Shown here piece after piece: positions 37,755 through 45,421 of a stretch of DNA of 64,000 nucleotides. Under the pieces are notes generated by a model, which made no database searches, was not told where the DNA came from, and was given only the letters and a program-made list of their open reading frames with translations. The stretch is from Candidatus Poriferisodalis sp. (GTDB lineage Bacteria > Actinomycetota > Acidimicrobiia > Acidimicrobiales > Poriferisodalaceae). Numbering within the stretch: position 1 is the first letter of the stretch; every line of letters starts with the position of its first letter. Location: assembly GCF_965219595.1 (NCBI RefSeq), contig NZ_OZ244781.1, forward strand, positions 133,429 to 197,428, given 5' to 3'. The translations under genes were made by a program, and so were the position numbers.

Positions 37755-37812
37755 AACCTCAGCCTAACGCCGCCCCCGTCGGGGTCCGAGTGCAGGGCGC
37801 GGCGCGGAGCGG

Positions 37813-38718
37813 TCAGCTGATCAAGACGGGGGCGAGGCGGCGCCAGCCGTCGAATGCGGCTGGGGGGTCGTCGGCCAGAACCTGCACACAGACGTGGTCG
37901 GCGCCGGCGTCGAAGTGGGCGTCCACACGGGCCTTGACGTCGTCTTCGGTGCCCCAAGCCACGATGGCGTCGACCAGCTTGTCGGACGGTCCCCCGTCGG
38001 GGCCGCCGTCGATGTCGGCTTGTGTGAAGCCCAGCCGCAGCAGGTTGTTGGCGTAGTTCGGCAGACCCAGATAGATGGCCATGTTCTTGCGGGCCAGCGC
38101 ACGGGCCGAGTCGGCATTCGTGTCGAGAATGGCCATCTGCTCGGGATACAGCGCCGCGTCGGGGCCCATGGTGTCGCGGGCCACTGCCGTGTGCTCGGGC
38201 GGTACGAAATAGGGGTGGGCGCCGGCAGTTGCGGTGGCCGACAGCTTTAGCATCTTCGGGCCGAGCGCAGCCAGCACGATCTCGGGCAGCTCCTGGGGGC
38301 CATGGGCCATGAATCGGGCCTTGCCCATGCGCTCGAGGTACTCGCGCATGTAGCTGAGCGGTTTGGAGTAGTCGTGCTTGCGGATGTACTCCACCAGGTG
38401 GTGATGGCTCACACCGAGGCCCAGCAGGAACCGTCCCGGGTGGGCTTCGTCGATGGTGCGCAGCGTGTTGGCCATGGTCATGGGGTCGCGGGCGTAGATG
38501 TTGGCGATGCCAGTGGCGATCTTGATCGTGCTGGTGCCCTCCAGCAGCCGGGCGGCGGCCACGAACGGGTCACGCCCGACGGCCTCGGGGATCCAGAACG
38601 CCCCGTAGCCCAGCTCCTCGGCTTCGGCCACGAACTCCACGCCCTGCGCGGACGGCAGTGCGTCGAGCACCCCCGTCCAGATGCCGATGCGTCCCAAGTC
38701 GATGCTTCCCATGCTCAT
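37813..38718 (-). CDS. LLM-class F420-dependent oxidoreductase
   Basis: Luciferase-like TIM-barrel pattern (GIW...AEELGYGAFWIPE..GRDPF, GLGVSH, LGPKML.L). 301 aa. Confidence 0.85.
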   Translation of the reverse strand: MSMGSIDLGRIGIWTGVLDALPSAQGVEFVAEAEELGYGAFWIPEAVGRDPFVAAARLLEGTSTIKIATGIANIYARDPMTMANTLRTIDEAHPGRFLLGLGVSHHHLVEYIRKHDYSKPLSYMREYLERMGKARFMAHGPQELPEIVLAALGPKMLKLSATATAGAHPYFVPPEHTAVARDTMGPDAALYPEQMAILDTNADSARALARKNMAIYLGLPNYANNLLRLGFTQADIDGGPDGGPSDKLVDAIVAWGTEDDVKARVDAHFDAGADHVCVQVLADDPPAAFDGWRRLAPVLIS

Positions 38719-38873
38719 GGGCCGTGACGCTACCGCCGCCGGATTGGCAGCGCCGAGGGCAGCCCTGGGATGCCAGCACTCGACTCTGGGGTGTTAGAGA
38801 TTTCAGTATGTTCTATTAATTCTCGTGCTTCGCCCGGCAATGCCGAATATGGTGCCGTGGTAACTTCTAGGAC

Positions 38874-39125
38874 GTGGGGAGCGTGAGTGCGATGGACATT
38901 GCACAATTCGTCACATTGGTCGTCGGCATCGTGGCACTCATCTGGCACCAGCAACGCTCCATCAACAACCTGCGCAAGGAGCTCAAGGGAGAGATCGCCG
39001 AGCTGCGCGCCGACGTGACCGACGTCAAAGAACGGCTCGCACGCATCGAGGGCTTCCTCGGCATCGGTATGCCCGCTGAGGCCGCTGCCGCAGCGCCCGG
39101 CGCCGGGCTCGCAACGGCCGACTGA
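38874..39125 (+). CDS. hypothetical small TM plus coiled-coil protein
   Basis: TM helix IAQFVTLVVGIVALIW followed by heptad-like LRKELKGEIAELRADVTDVKERLARIEGFLG. Preceded by an AT-rich stretch. Confidence 0.5.
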   Translation: MGSVSAMDIAQFVTLVVGIVALIWHQQRSINNLRKELKGEIAELRADVTDVKERLARIEGFLGIGMPAEAAAAAPGAGLATAD

Positions 39126-39141
39126 GGGTCTGCGAACCGGA

Positions 39142-39375
39142 TTGATGCGTGAAACATCGGACCGGCGACTTGCTCGGCCCACTTCCGTGCAGGAGGCCCA
39201 GCGATACACGACGCAGCCTGTGACTGCGGCCGAGGCATCGCTCGCACTCATTGCCGATTGGGGACCCACCGAAGACTGGTCCGACTGGATTGAGGCAATG
39301 GAGCGAAACTCGGCGAATGCGCACGTAGGCGAATGCGAGACGCTGCCGGCGGCCAGCGACAAATCCTCCAGCTAA
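39142..39375 (+). CDS. hypothetical small protein (weak call)
   Basis: 77-aa ORF following the previous small gene. No family recognised. Confidence 0.3.
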   Translation: MMRETSDRRLARPTSVQEAQRYTTQPVTAAEASLALIADWGPTEDWSDWIEAMERNSANAHVGECETLPAASDKSSS

Positions 39376-39382
39376 GGGCCGG

Positions 39383-39901
39383 TCAGTCGAGGCGGCGGAG
39401 TTCGCCCATGTAGCGGACTCGGCGGTCGAGGTAGTTCTGCACGCCGGGCAGGATGAGCGGGGCGGTGTCGACGCCCTCGCGGATCTTGGCGGGTGTGCCC
39501 ACTGCGATGGTGCCCGGCGGGACTTTCATGCCGCCTGGCACCACGGCGCCGGCACCGACCAGCGCTCGCTCGCCGATCTCGGCGTCGTGCAGCACGATTG
39601 CGCCGGTGCCCACCAGGGCCTCGTCGTGCACCACACCGCCCTCGATGTGCGCCAGGTGGCCGATGGTGCAGCGCTCCCCCACGGTGGTTGACCATTCCTC
39701 TGTGACGTGCAGCACGGCATTGTCCTGCACCGAACTGCCGGCCCCCACGACGATGTCGTTGTCATCGCCACGCAGCACCGCGCCCGACCAGATGGACGCC
39801 TCCGGGCCGATCGTCACCCGCCCGATGATGATCGCCTCGGGCATCACGAAGGCATCGGGGTGGATGTCGGGCACATGGTCGCCAAGCGCATATATCGGCA
39901 C
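39383..39901 (-). CDS. gamma-carbonic anhydrase family / hexapeptide-repeat protein (YrdA/PaaY-like)
   Basis: MPIYALGD..P.IHPDAFV.P.A.IIG.V.IG..ASIW..AVLRGD.N.I.VG and left-handed beta-helix repeats. Confidence 0.88.
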   Translation of the reverse strand: MPIYALGDHVPDIHPDAFVMPEAIIIGRVTIGPEASIWSGAVLRGDDNDIVVGAGSSVQDNAVLHVTEEWSTTVGERCTIGHLAHIEGGVVHDEALVGTGAIVLHDAEIGERALVGAGAVVPGGMKVPPGTIAVGTPAKIREGVDTAPLILPGVQNYLDRRVRYMGELRRLD

Positions 39902-39974
39902 GCCGCCACGCTAGTGGTCAGCCTCCGAATTGACGGAGTGATCGACGCAGCTCGGGCGGTACGGTGCGGGCTCC

Positions 39975-42125
39975 ATGACGCAGGCTCCGGTGGCACCGCA
40001 GCGGCCGCACGTGCGGCGCATTCACGGCACTGAGACCGACGACCCCTGGCACTGGCTGCGCGACCGGGACGACCCCTCGGTGCGGGAGTACCTCGAGGCC
40101 GAGAATGCCTATACGGAAGCCGCGACTGTCCACCTGGCGGATCTTCGGGAGCAGATCTTCGGCGAGATCAAGGCTCGCACCAAGGAGACCCACCAGTCGT
40201 TGCCGACGCCGAAGGACGACTGGGAATACCGGGCTCGCACCGTGGAGGGGTTGCAGTACGTCATCCATGTGAGGCGCCCCCGGGGCGGCACCGACGATGA
40301 CGAGGTGGTGCTGCTCGACGAGAACGAGTTGGCCGAGGGCCACGAGTACTTCGCCGTCGGCGACCTGGCCGTCAGCCCCGATCACCGCCTGCTCGCCTAC
40401 ACCACCGACACCGAGGGCGACGAGAAGTACACGCTGACGGTGGTCGACATCGCGACCGGTGAGGTGCTGGACGGCCCCGACGTGCCCGCAGCGGGGTGCG
40501 GACTCGCCGAACTCAGCTACGGGCTGGTGTGGGCCAACGACAACTCGACGCTGTTCGCCGTGCGCACCGACGACGCCCAGCGCCCAAACCGGGTCATCCG
40601 CCATGCCGTAGGCACCGACCCCGCCGGTGACGTCGAGGCCTACCGGGAGGACGACGAGCGGTTCTGGGTGGGCGTCGGGGCCACCCGCAGCGAGCGGTTC
40701 GTGGTGATCGGCTCGCAGTCGAAGATCACCTCCGAGCACCGCTTGGTGGATGCCGACCGGCCCGATGCTGAGCCGCTGGTAGTGCGGGCACGCGGTGAGG
40801 GCATCGAGTACGGCGTCGACCACCAGGGCGACCGGCTGCTGATCGTCACCAACGACGGCGCGCAGGACTTCCGCCTGGTCGAAGCGCCGGTGCCGAGCGA
40901 AGGCGACGCCCCAGCCAACGGCGATGGCCCCGGCGAAAGCAGCAACCCTGCTAGCGGTGATGGCCCCGACGACGGCAGCACGTGGAGCGAGCTCATCGGC
41001 GACCGGCCCGGCATCCGGCTCGACGACGTGGACTGCTTCGGCGACTTCGTCGTCGTTCACGACCGGCAGGACGGGCTGACCACCCTGAGGGTGCACGACA
41101 CACGCGACGCTGCAGCGGGCGAGCTTGGCACTGCGTTCGAGATCGAGATGCCGGAGCCGGTCTATGAGGCGGGCGGCGGGGCGAATGCCGAATTCGACAC
41201 CCGCCGCTACCGATTCGGCTACACGTCGATGGTGACGCCGCCGTCGATCTTCGAGCTCGACTTAGACAGCGGCGAGCGAGAACTGCTCGACCAGCTGCCG
41301 GTGCTCGGCGATGTCGACCTGACGGCGTACACCACCGAGCGCATCACCGCCACGGCGCCCGACGGCACGGCGGTGCCGATCAGCCTGGTGTGGAAGCCCA
41401 GCGCAGTGAGCTGGCCAGCGCCCTGCCTGCTCTACGGCTACGGGGCCTACGAGATCGGCATGCCGGCGTCGTTCTCGACGGCCCGGCTGTCGCTGCTGGA
41501 TCGGGGCGTGCTGTTCGCCATGGCCCACGTGCGCGGCGGCGGCGAGTTGGGACGGGCCTGGTACGAGGGCGGCAAGCTCGCCAACAAGCAAAACACCTTC
41601 GACGACTTCGCGGCCTGCGCCCGACACTTGGCTGCGGCCCGATGGGCGAACCCCCACCGGATCTGCGCCCGGGGCGGCAGCGCCGGCGGCCTGCTCATGG
41701 GGGCGATGGTGAACCGCCACCCGGAGCTGTTCTGCGGGGTGGTAGCCGAGGTGCCCTTCGTCGACGTGTTGAACACGATGCTCGACCCGGCCATCCCCTT
41801 GACTGTCACCGAGTACGACGAGTGGGGCGACCCGACCGACCCGGCGGCGTTCGAGACGATCCGGTCATATGCGCCCTACGAGAATGTCGAGCCGGCCGAC
41901 CACCCAGCTCTGCTGGTCACCGCTGGGCTGACTGATCCGCGGGTGCAGTACTGGGAGCCTGCCAAGTGGGTGGCCAAACTGCGGGCGAGGACCACTTCGA
42001 CGGAGCCGATCCTGTTGCGCACCGAGATGGGCGCCGGCCACGGCGGACCCTCAGGCCGCTACGACGCCTGGCGCGATGAGGCGTTCATCCTGGCGTTCAT
42101 CTGTGATGTGCTCGGCGTGGCGTAA
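39975..42125 (+). CDS. ptrB: oligopeptidase B (S9A prolyl oligopeptidase family)
   Basis: DDPWHWLRDRDDP.V..YLEAEN.YT, GGSAGGLLMGA (nucleophile Ser) and DPRVQYWEPAKWVAKLR. Confidence 0.92.
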   Translation: MTQAPVAPQRPHVRRIHGTETDDPWHWLRDRDDPSVREYLEAENAYTEAATVHLADLREQIFGEIKARTKETHQSLPTPKDDWEYRARTVEGLQYVIHVRRPRGGTDDDEVVLLDENELAEGHEYFAVGDLAVSPDHRLLAYTTDTEGDEKYTLTVVDIATGEVLDGPDVPAAGCGLAELSYGLVWANDNSTLFAVRTDDAQRPNRVIRHAVGTDPAGDVEAYREDDERFWVGVGATRSERFVVIGSQSKITSEHRLVDADRPDAEPLVVRARGEGIEYGVDHQGDRLLIVTNDGAQDFRLVEAPVPSEGDAPANGDGPGESSNPASGDGPDDGSTWSELIGDRPGIRLDDVDCFGDFVVVHDRQDGLTTLRVHDTRDAAAGELGTAFEIEMPEPVYEAGGGANAEFDTRRYRFGYTSMVTPPSIFELDLDSGERELLDQLPVLGDVDLTAYTTERITATAPDGTAVPISLVWKPSAVSWPAPCLLYGYGAYEIGMPASFSTARLSLLDRGVLFAMAHVRGGGELGRAWYEGGKLANKQNTFDDFAACARHLAAARWANPHRICARGGSAGGLLMGAMVNRHPELFCGVVAEVPFVDVLNTMLDPAIPLTVTEYDEWGDPTDPAAFETIRSYAPYENVEPADHPALLVTAGLTDPRVQYWEPAKWVAKLRARTTSTEPILLRTEMGAGHGGPSGRYDAWRDEAFILAFICDVLGVA

Positions 42126-42179
42126 GCCACGCGCAGACAGCACGGGTGGCGTAAGCCACGCGCAGACAGCACGGGTGGC
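42118..42179 (+). repeat. perfect 29-bp tandem duplication (2 copies plus 4 nt) covering the ptrB stop codon
   Basis: TGGCGTAAGCCACGCGCAGACAGCACGGG x2. The first copy completes a GCGTGGC-GUAA-GCCACGC hairpin (42115-42132). Confidence 0.95.
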
Positions 42180-42188
42180 AGAGACGGC

Positions 42189-42563
42189 CTAGATCAGCGC
42201 AAGCACAGCGAGTGCGGCCAGCAGGCCGTTGCGCAGCAGCGAACCGGCGCCGACGGGTTTGGAGGACCAGCGGCCGAAGCACGCGCAGGCGGGGCGCTCG
42301 TCACGCGGGCGCTGCAGCACCCGCGCCAAGGCTGCGGTGAACACAACCAGCAGCCCGAGCGCCAGCCACGCCGGCCATGGCTCGGCAACTCCCGCCGCCA
42401 ACCCCGCCCCCAGCACGATCTCGACCGGAGCGATGAACGGAACGGTCCAACGGGGTGCGCCCATTGCACGGGCGGCGCCCGGCCATGACGGGTCGCGCAG
42501 CTTCAGCGCGCCCGACACCAGGAACAGCACGCCGAGCGCGACGCGGGCGATGGCGCTGATCAC
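42189..42563 (-). CDS. MauE/DoxX-family redox-associated membrane protein
   Basis: 124 aa with 4 TM helices. LFLVSGALKLRDP and the CACFG motif are typical of MauE-like proteins. Confidence 0.75.
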   Translation of the reverse strand: MISAIARVALGVLFLVSGALKLRDPSWPGAARAMGAPRWTVPFIAPVEIVLGAGLAAGVAEPWPAWLALGLLVVFTAALARVLQRPRDERPACACFGRWSSKPVGAGSLLRNGLLAALAVLALI

Positions 42564-42631
42564 CGGAGCAGCACACCTAGTGCGGTGCAGACGACGGCGC
42601 TGATCACCCCTGCCCGCCTATCAGCCGGCCG

Positions 42632-43126
42632 TCACGCGAAGGTGCCGTAGCCACCCTTCCAGAACAGCAGGGGGTCCTTAGCATCGAGCACTTCGAGCTC
42701 GACGACGCGCCCCACGACGATGTCGTGATCGCCGCCGTCGTGCACGGCTTCGATGGTGCAGTCGATGTAACCGATCGAGCCCTCGATGATCGGCGCACCG
42801 GTGGGCCCGGGCCGCCACCCGACATCGGCGAACTTGTCGTCGGCCCGGCTGGCCATCACGCCACAGGTGGCCATCTGGTCCTGGGCCATGATGTTCACGC
42901 AGAAGCTGCCCGCGGCACGGATGTCGTTCCACGTCGTCGAGTCCTTGGTGGGCAGAAACGCGACGAGCGGCGGGTCGAGCGACACCGAGGTGAACGAGCC
43001 GATGGCCATGCCGACCGGCCGACCCTCGTTCACGGCGGTGACGGCGGTGACGCCCGTCGGAAAGTGCCCCAGCACATCCCGGAAGAGCCTGCTGTCGATG
43101 GAGGGCTGGTCGCTCGAGTCAGTCAC
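42632..43126 (-). CDS. flavin reductase-domain protein (HpaC-like)
   Basis: GTG 43126. FRDVLGHFPTGVTAVT, AIGSFTSVSLDPPLV.F and GDHDIVVGRV. Confidence 0.85.
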   Translation of the reverse strand: MTDSSDQPSIDSRLFRDVLGHFPTGVTAVTAVNEGRPVGMAIGSFTSVSLDPPLVAFLPTKDSTTWNDIRAAGSFCVNIMAQDQMATCGVMASRADDKFADVGWRPGPTGAPIIEGSIGYIDCTIEAVHDGGDHDIVVGRVVELEVLDAKDPLLFWKGGYGTFA

Positions 43127-43193
43127 GGCGCCAACCCTAGACAGCCGAACCTCGCCCGGGCCGCCCCCGGCGAGCCACATATAGCCTCCGGCT

Positions 43194-44690
43194 ATGGCTT
43201 CGAGCGCTGACGGGAACACGGCCGACGACGCGGCAGCGAAGGTGCCGCGGAACGGCTTGGTCGCCGTGGTGAAACGGGACTGTCCGACGTGCGAGCTGAT
43301 CGAGCCGGTGCTCGCGGACATCGAGGCCCGGGGCTCGCTGACCGTGTTCACCCAGGATGACCCCGCCTTCCCCGAGGCGGTCTCAGCCCGGTTGCACGAC
43401 GACGACCTTGGCTTTTCGTGGCATCACGACATCGAGACGGTGCCGACGCTGATGCGGTTCGCCGACGGCGGCGAGGCCGGCCGCATCGTGGGGTGGTCCC
43501 GACTCGAATGGGAATCATTCACCGGGCTCGGCAGCCTGGGCGACGGCCTGCCCGAACACCGGCCCGGCTGCGGTTCGCTCTCGGTCGACCCAGCTCACGT
43601 CGACGCCTTGGAGGCCCGCTTCGGCAGCTCGGGCCTGAGCGCTCGTCGGGTCGAATTCGGCAGTCAGGAAGACGCCCACGAGGCGATGTTCGACCGGGGC
43701 TGGTCGGACGGTTTGCCGCTGGTTCCACCCACAGCTGAGCGAGTCGCAGCGATGCTGGCAGGCACGTCGCGTGCAGCCGACGAGGTGGTGGCCAATGTCG
43801 CACCCGATCTCGCCGACTGCACGGTCGAGAAGGCCGCGGTCAACGCCGTGATGGCCGGCTGCCGGCCCGAGTACTTCCCGGTGGTGCTGGCTGGCCTGAC
43901 CGCCGTGTGCAATGACACGTTCAACATGCACGGAATGCTGGCCACCACTATGCCGGTCGGGCCTGTGTTCATCGTGAACGGGCCGATCGCCCGCCAGATC
44001 GGCATGAACAACGGGATCAACGTGTTCGGCCAGGGCAACCGGGCCAACAGCACGATCGGGCGGGCGGTGCAGCTCATCGTGCGCAACGTGGGCGGCGGGC
44101 GTCCCGGCGAAGTGGACCGGGCGGCGCTCGGCCAGCCCGGCAAGGTGGGCTTCTGCTTTGCCGAGATCGAAGGGGCCGAGGCAGCCACCGGCGCAGGCTG
44201 GGACCCGCTGTGCACCGACTTCGGCTTCGAGGCCGGCACCAACACCGTGACAGCCTTCCCCGGCGAAGGGCCTCGCTCCGTGGTCGACCAGCTCTCTCGT
44301 GATCCCGAGTCGCTGGCGCGCACCATGGCAGCCACGCTGAATGCGATCCACCACCCGAAGCTGGTGCTGGGTTTCGATGCGATCCTCGCGGTGGCGCCCG
44401 ACCATTCCCGCGTGTTCATCGACAGTGGCTGGACACGCCAGCAGACTGCCGAGCGCATCAACGAGCTGACTACCCGGTCAGGCTCCGAGCTGGTGCGCGG
44501 CGCTGGCGGCATCGCCGAGGGCGTGCCGGAGTTCCTCGCCGAGGCGGACCTGCCGAAGTTCCGTGAGGGAGGCCTGCACCTGGTGCACTGCGGCGGCGGT
44601 GCGGGGCTCTTCTCGGCGGTCATCGGCGGCTGGGTGAACGGCGAGGTCGGCGCTCAGCCCGTCTGCGTCGAGATCGATTCCTGGCGATAG
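43194..44690 (+). CDS. thioredoxin-like domain (CPTC) fused to a ~380-aa domain of unknown function
   Basis: N-terminal VAVVKRDCPTCELIEPVL...VPTLMRF..G has a thioredoxin-fold layout. The remainder (GWSDGLPLVPPTAERV..M, EKAAVNAVMAGC.PEYFPV, GQGNRANSTIGRAVQL) is not recognised. Confidence 0.8.
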   Translation: MASSADGNTADDAAAKVPRNGLVAVVKRDCPTCELIEPVLADIEARGSLTVFTQDDPAFPEAVSARLHDDDLGFSWHHDIETVPTLMRFADGGEAGRIVGWSRLEWESFTGLGSLGDGLPEHRPGCGSLSVDPAHVDALEARFGSSGLSARRVEFGSQEDAHEAMFDRGWSDGLPLVPPTAERVAAMLAGTSRAADEVVANVAPDLADCTVEKAAVNAVMAGCRPEYFPVVLAGLTAVCNDTFNMHGMLATTMPVGPVFIVNGPIARQIGMNNGINVFGQGNRANSTIGRAVQLIVRNVGGGRPGEVDRAALGQPGKVGFCFAEIEGAEAATGAGWDPLCTDFGFEAGTNTVTAFPGEGPRSVVDQLSRDPESLARTMAATLNAIHHPKLVLGFDAILAVAPDHSRVFIDSGWTRQQTAERINELTTRSGSELVRGAGGIAEGVPEFLAEADLPKFREGGLHLVHCGGGAGLFSAVIGGWVNGEVGAQPVCVEIDSWR

Positions 44691-44705
44691 CAAGGCCAAG
44701 CTCGC

Positions 44706-44809
44706 GGGCCGCTTGGGCCTGCGTTTCCCGCTCTTGTTCGCTCCGCTCACGGGCCGCTCGGGCCTGCGTTTCCCGCTCTTGTTCGCTCCGCTCACGGGCC
44801 GCTTGGGCC
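44706..44809 (+). repeat. 45-bp unit repeated 2.3x in tandem; shares its core with the dispersed repeats at 12748 and 57535
   Basis: GGGCCGCT(T/C)GGGCCTGCGTTTCCCGCTCTTGTTCGCTCCGCTCAC at 44706-44750 and 44751-44795, with a partial copy at 44796-44809. Confidence 0.95.
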
Positions 44810-44866
44810 CGGGGCGGCTACAGTCGATCAGGACGTGCCCACCGGATCCAACACAGGGGGGACCAC

Positions 44867-45385
44867 ATGAGCACTGTCGTCTTGGACCCGACCAACGAAG
44901 CGGCACCCGCCCATCGTGAGCGGGTCACCCGGCCCGATTCGCTGGACGGCCTCACCGTGGGCCTGCTGGACATCAGCAAGCCCCGCGGCGACCGCTTCCT
45001 GAACCGGCTCGAGGAACGGCTGACCGAGCGGGGCCTGCGCGTCGAGCGCTACTCCAAGCCCACGTTCACCAAGCCGGCCCCGGTCGACCTGCGCCACGAG
45101 ATCGCCACCAAGTGCGACGTGGTGATCGAAGCGCTAGCCGATTGAGGCAGCTGCACGTCGTGCAGTGTGCACGACATCGCTGATCTGGAACGCCGCGGCA
45201 TCCCGTCGGTGTTCGTCGCCACCGTCCAGTTCGTCGACGGGGCCGAGGTACAGGGCAAGGCGCTCGGCTTCGACCCGGCGGCCGTATGGGTGGAGCATCC
45301 CATCCAGGACCGCACCGACGACGAGATGGTCGCCATCGCTGACAAGGCCTTCGACGAGCTGATCGAACAGCTCGTAGCTGCTTGA
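44867..45385 (+). CDS. UGSC-family protein, predicted selenoprotein (in-frame TGA 45143-45145 read as Sec)
   Basis: ORFs 44867..45145 and 45167..45385 share one frame. Read-through gives ...VVIEALAD[TGA]GSCTSCSVHDIADLERRGIPSVFV.T..F, i.e. the U-G-S-C motif that names this family. Confidence 0.72.
45157..45175 (+). promoter_or_regulatory. candidate bacterial SECIS hairpin downstream of TGA 45143
   Basis: GUCGUGCA-GUG-UGCACGAC: 8-bp perfect stem starting 14 nt after the UGA with G/U in the apical loop. An alternative 6-bp hairpin lies at 45151-45165. Confidence 0.5.
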
Positions 45386-45421
45386 GCTACGAGCCCAACC
45401 AGCACAGCGTGGCTGCCTGAG

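Noticed and set aside
44713-44919. 68-aa ORF (and the minus-strand ORF 44478..44906) reading through the 45-bp tandem repeat.
   Set aside because: The peptide repeats simply mirror the nucleotide repeat. Other copies of the element differ by a frame-breaking 1-nt indel, so the element is not coding.
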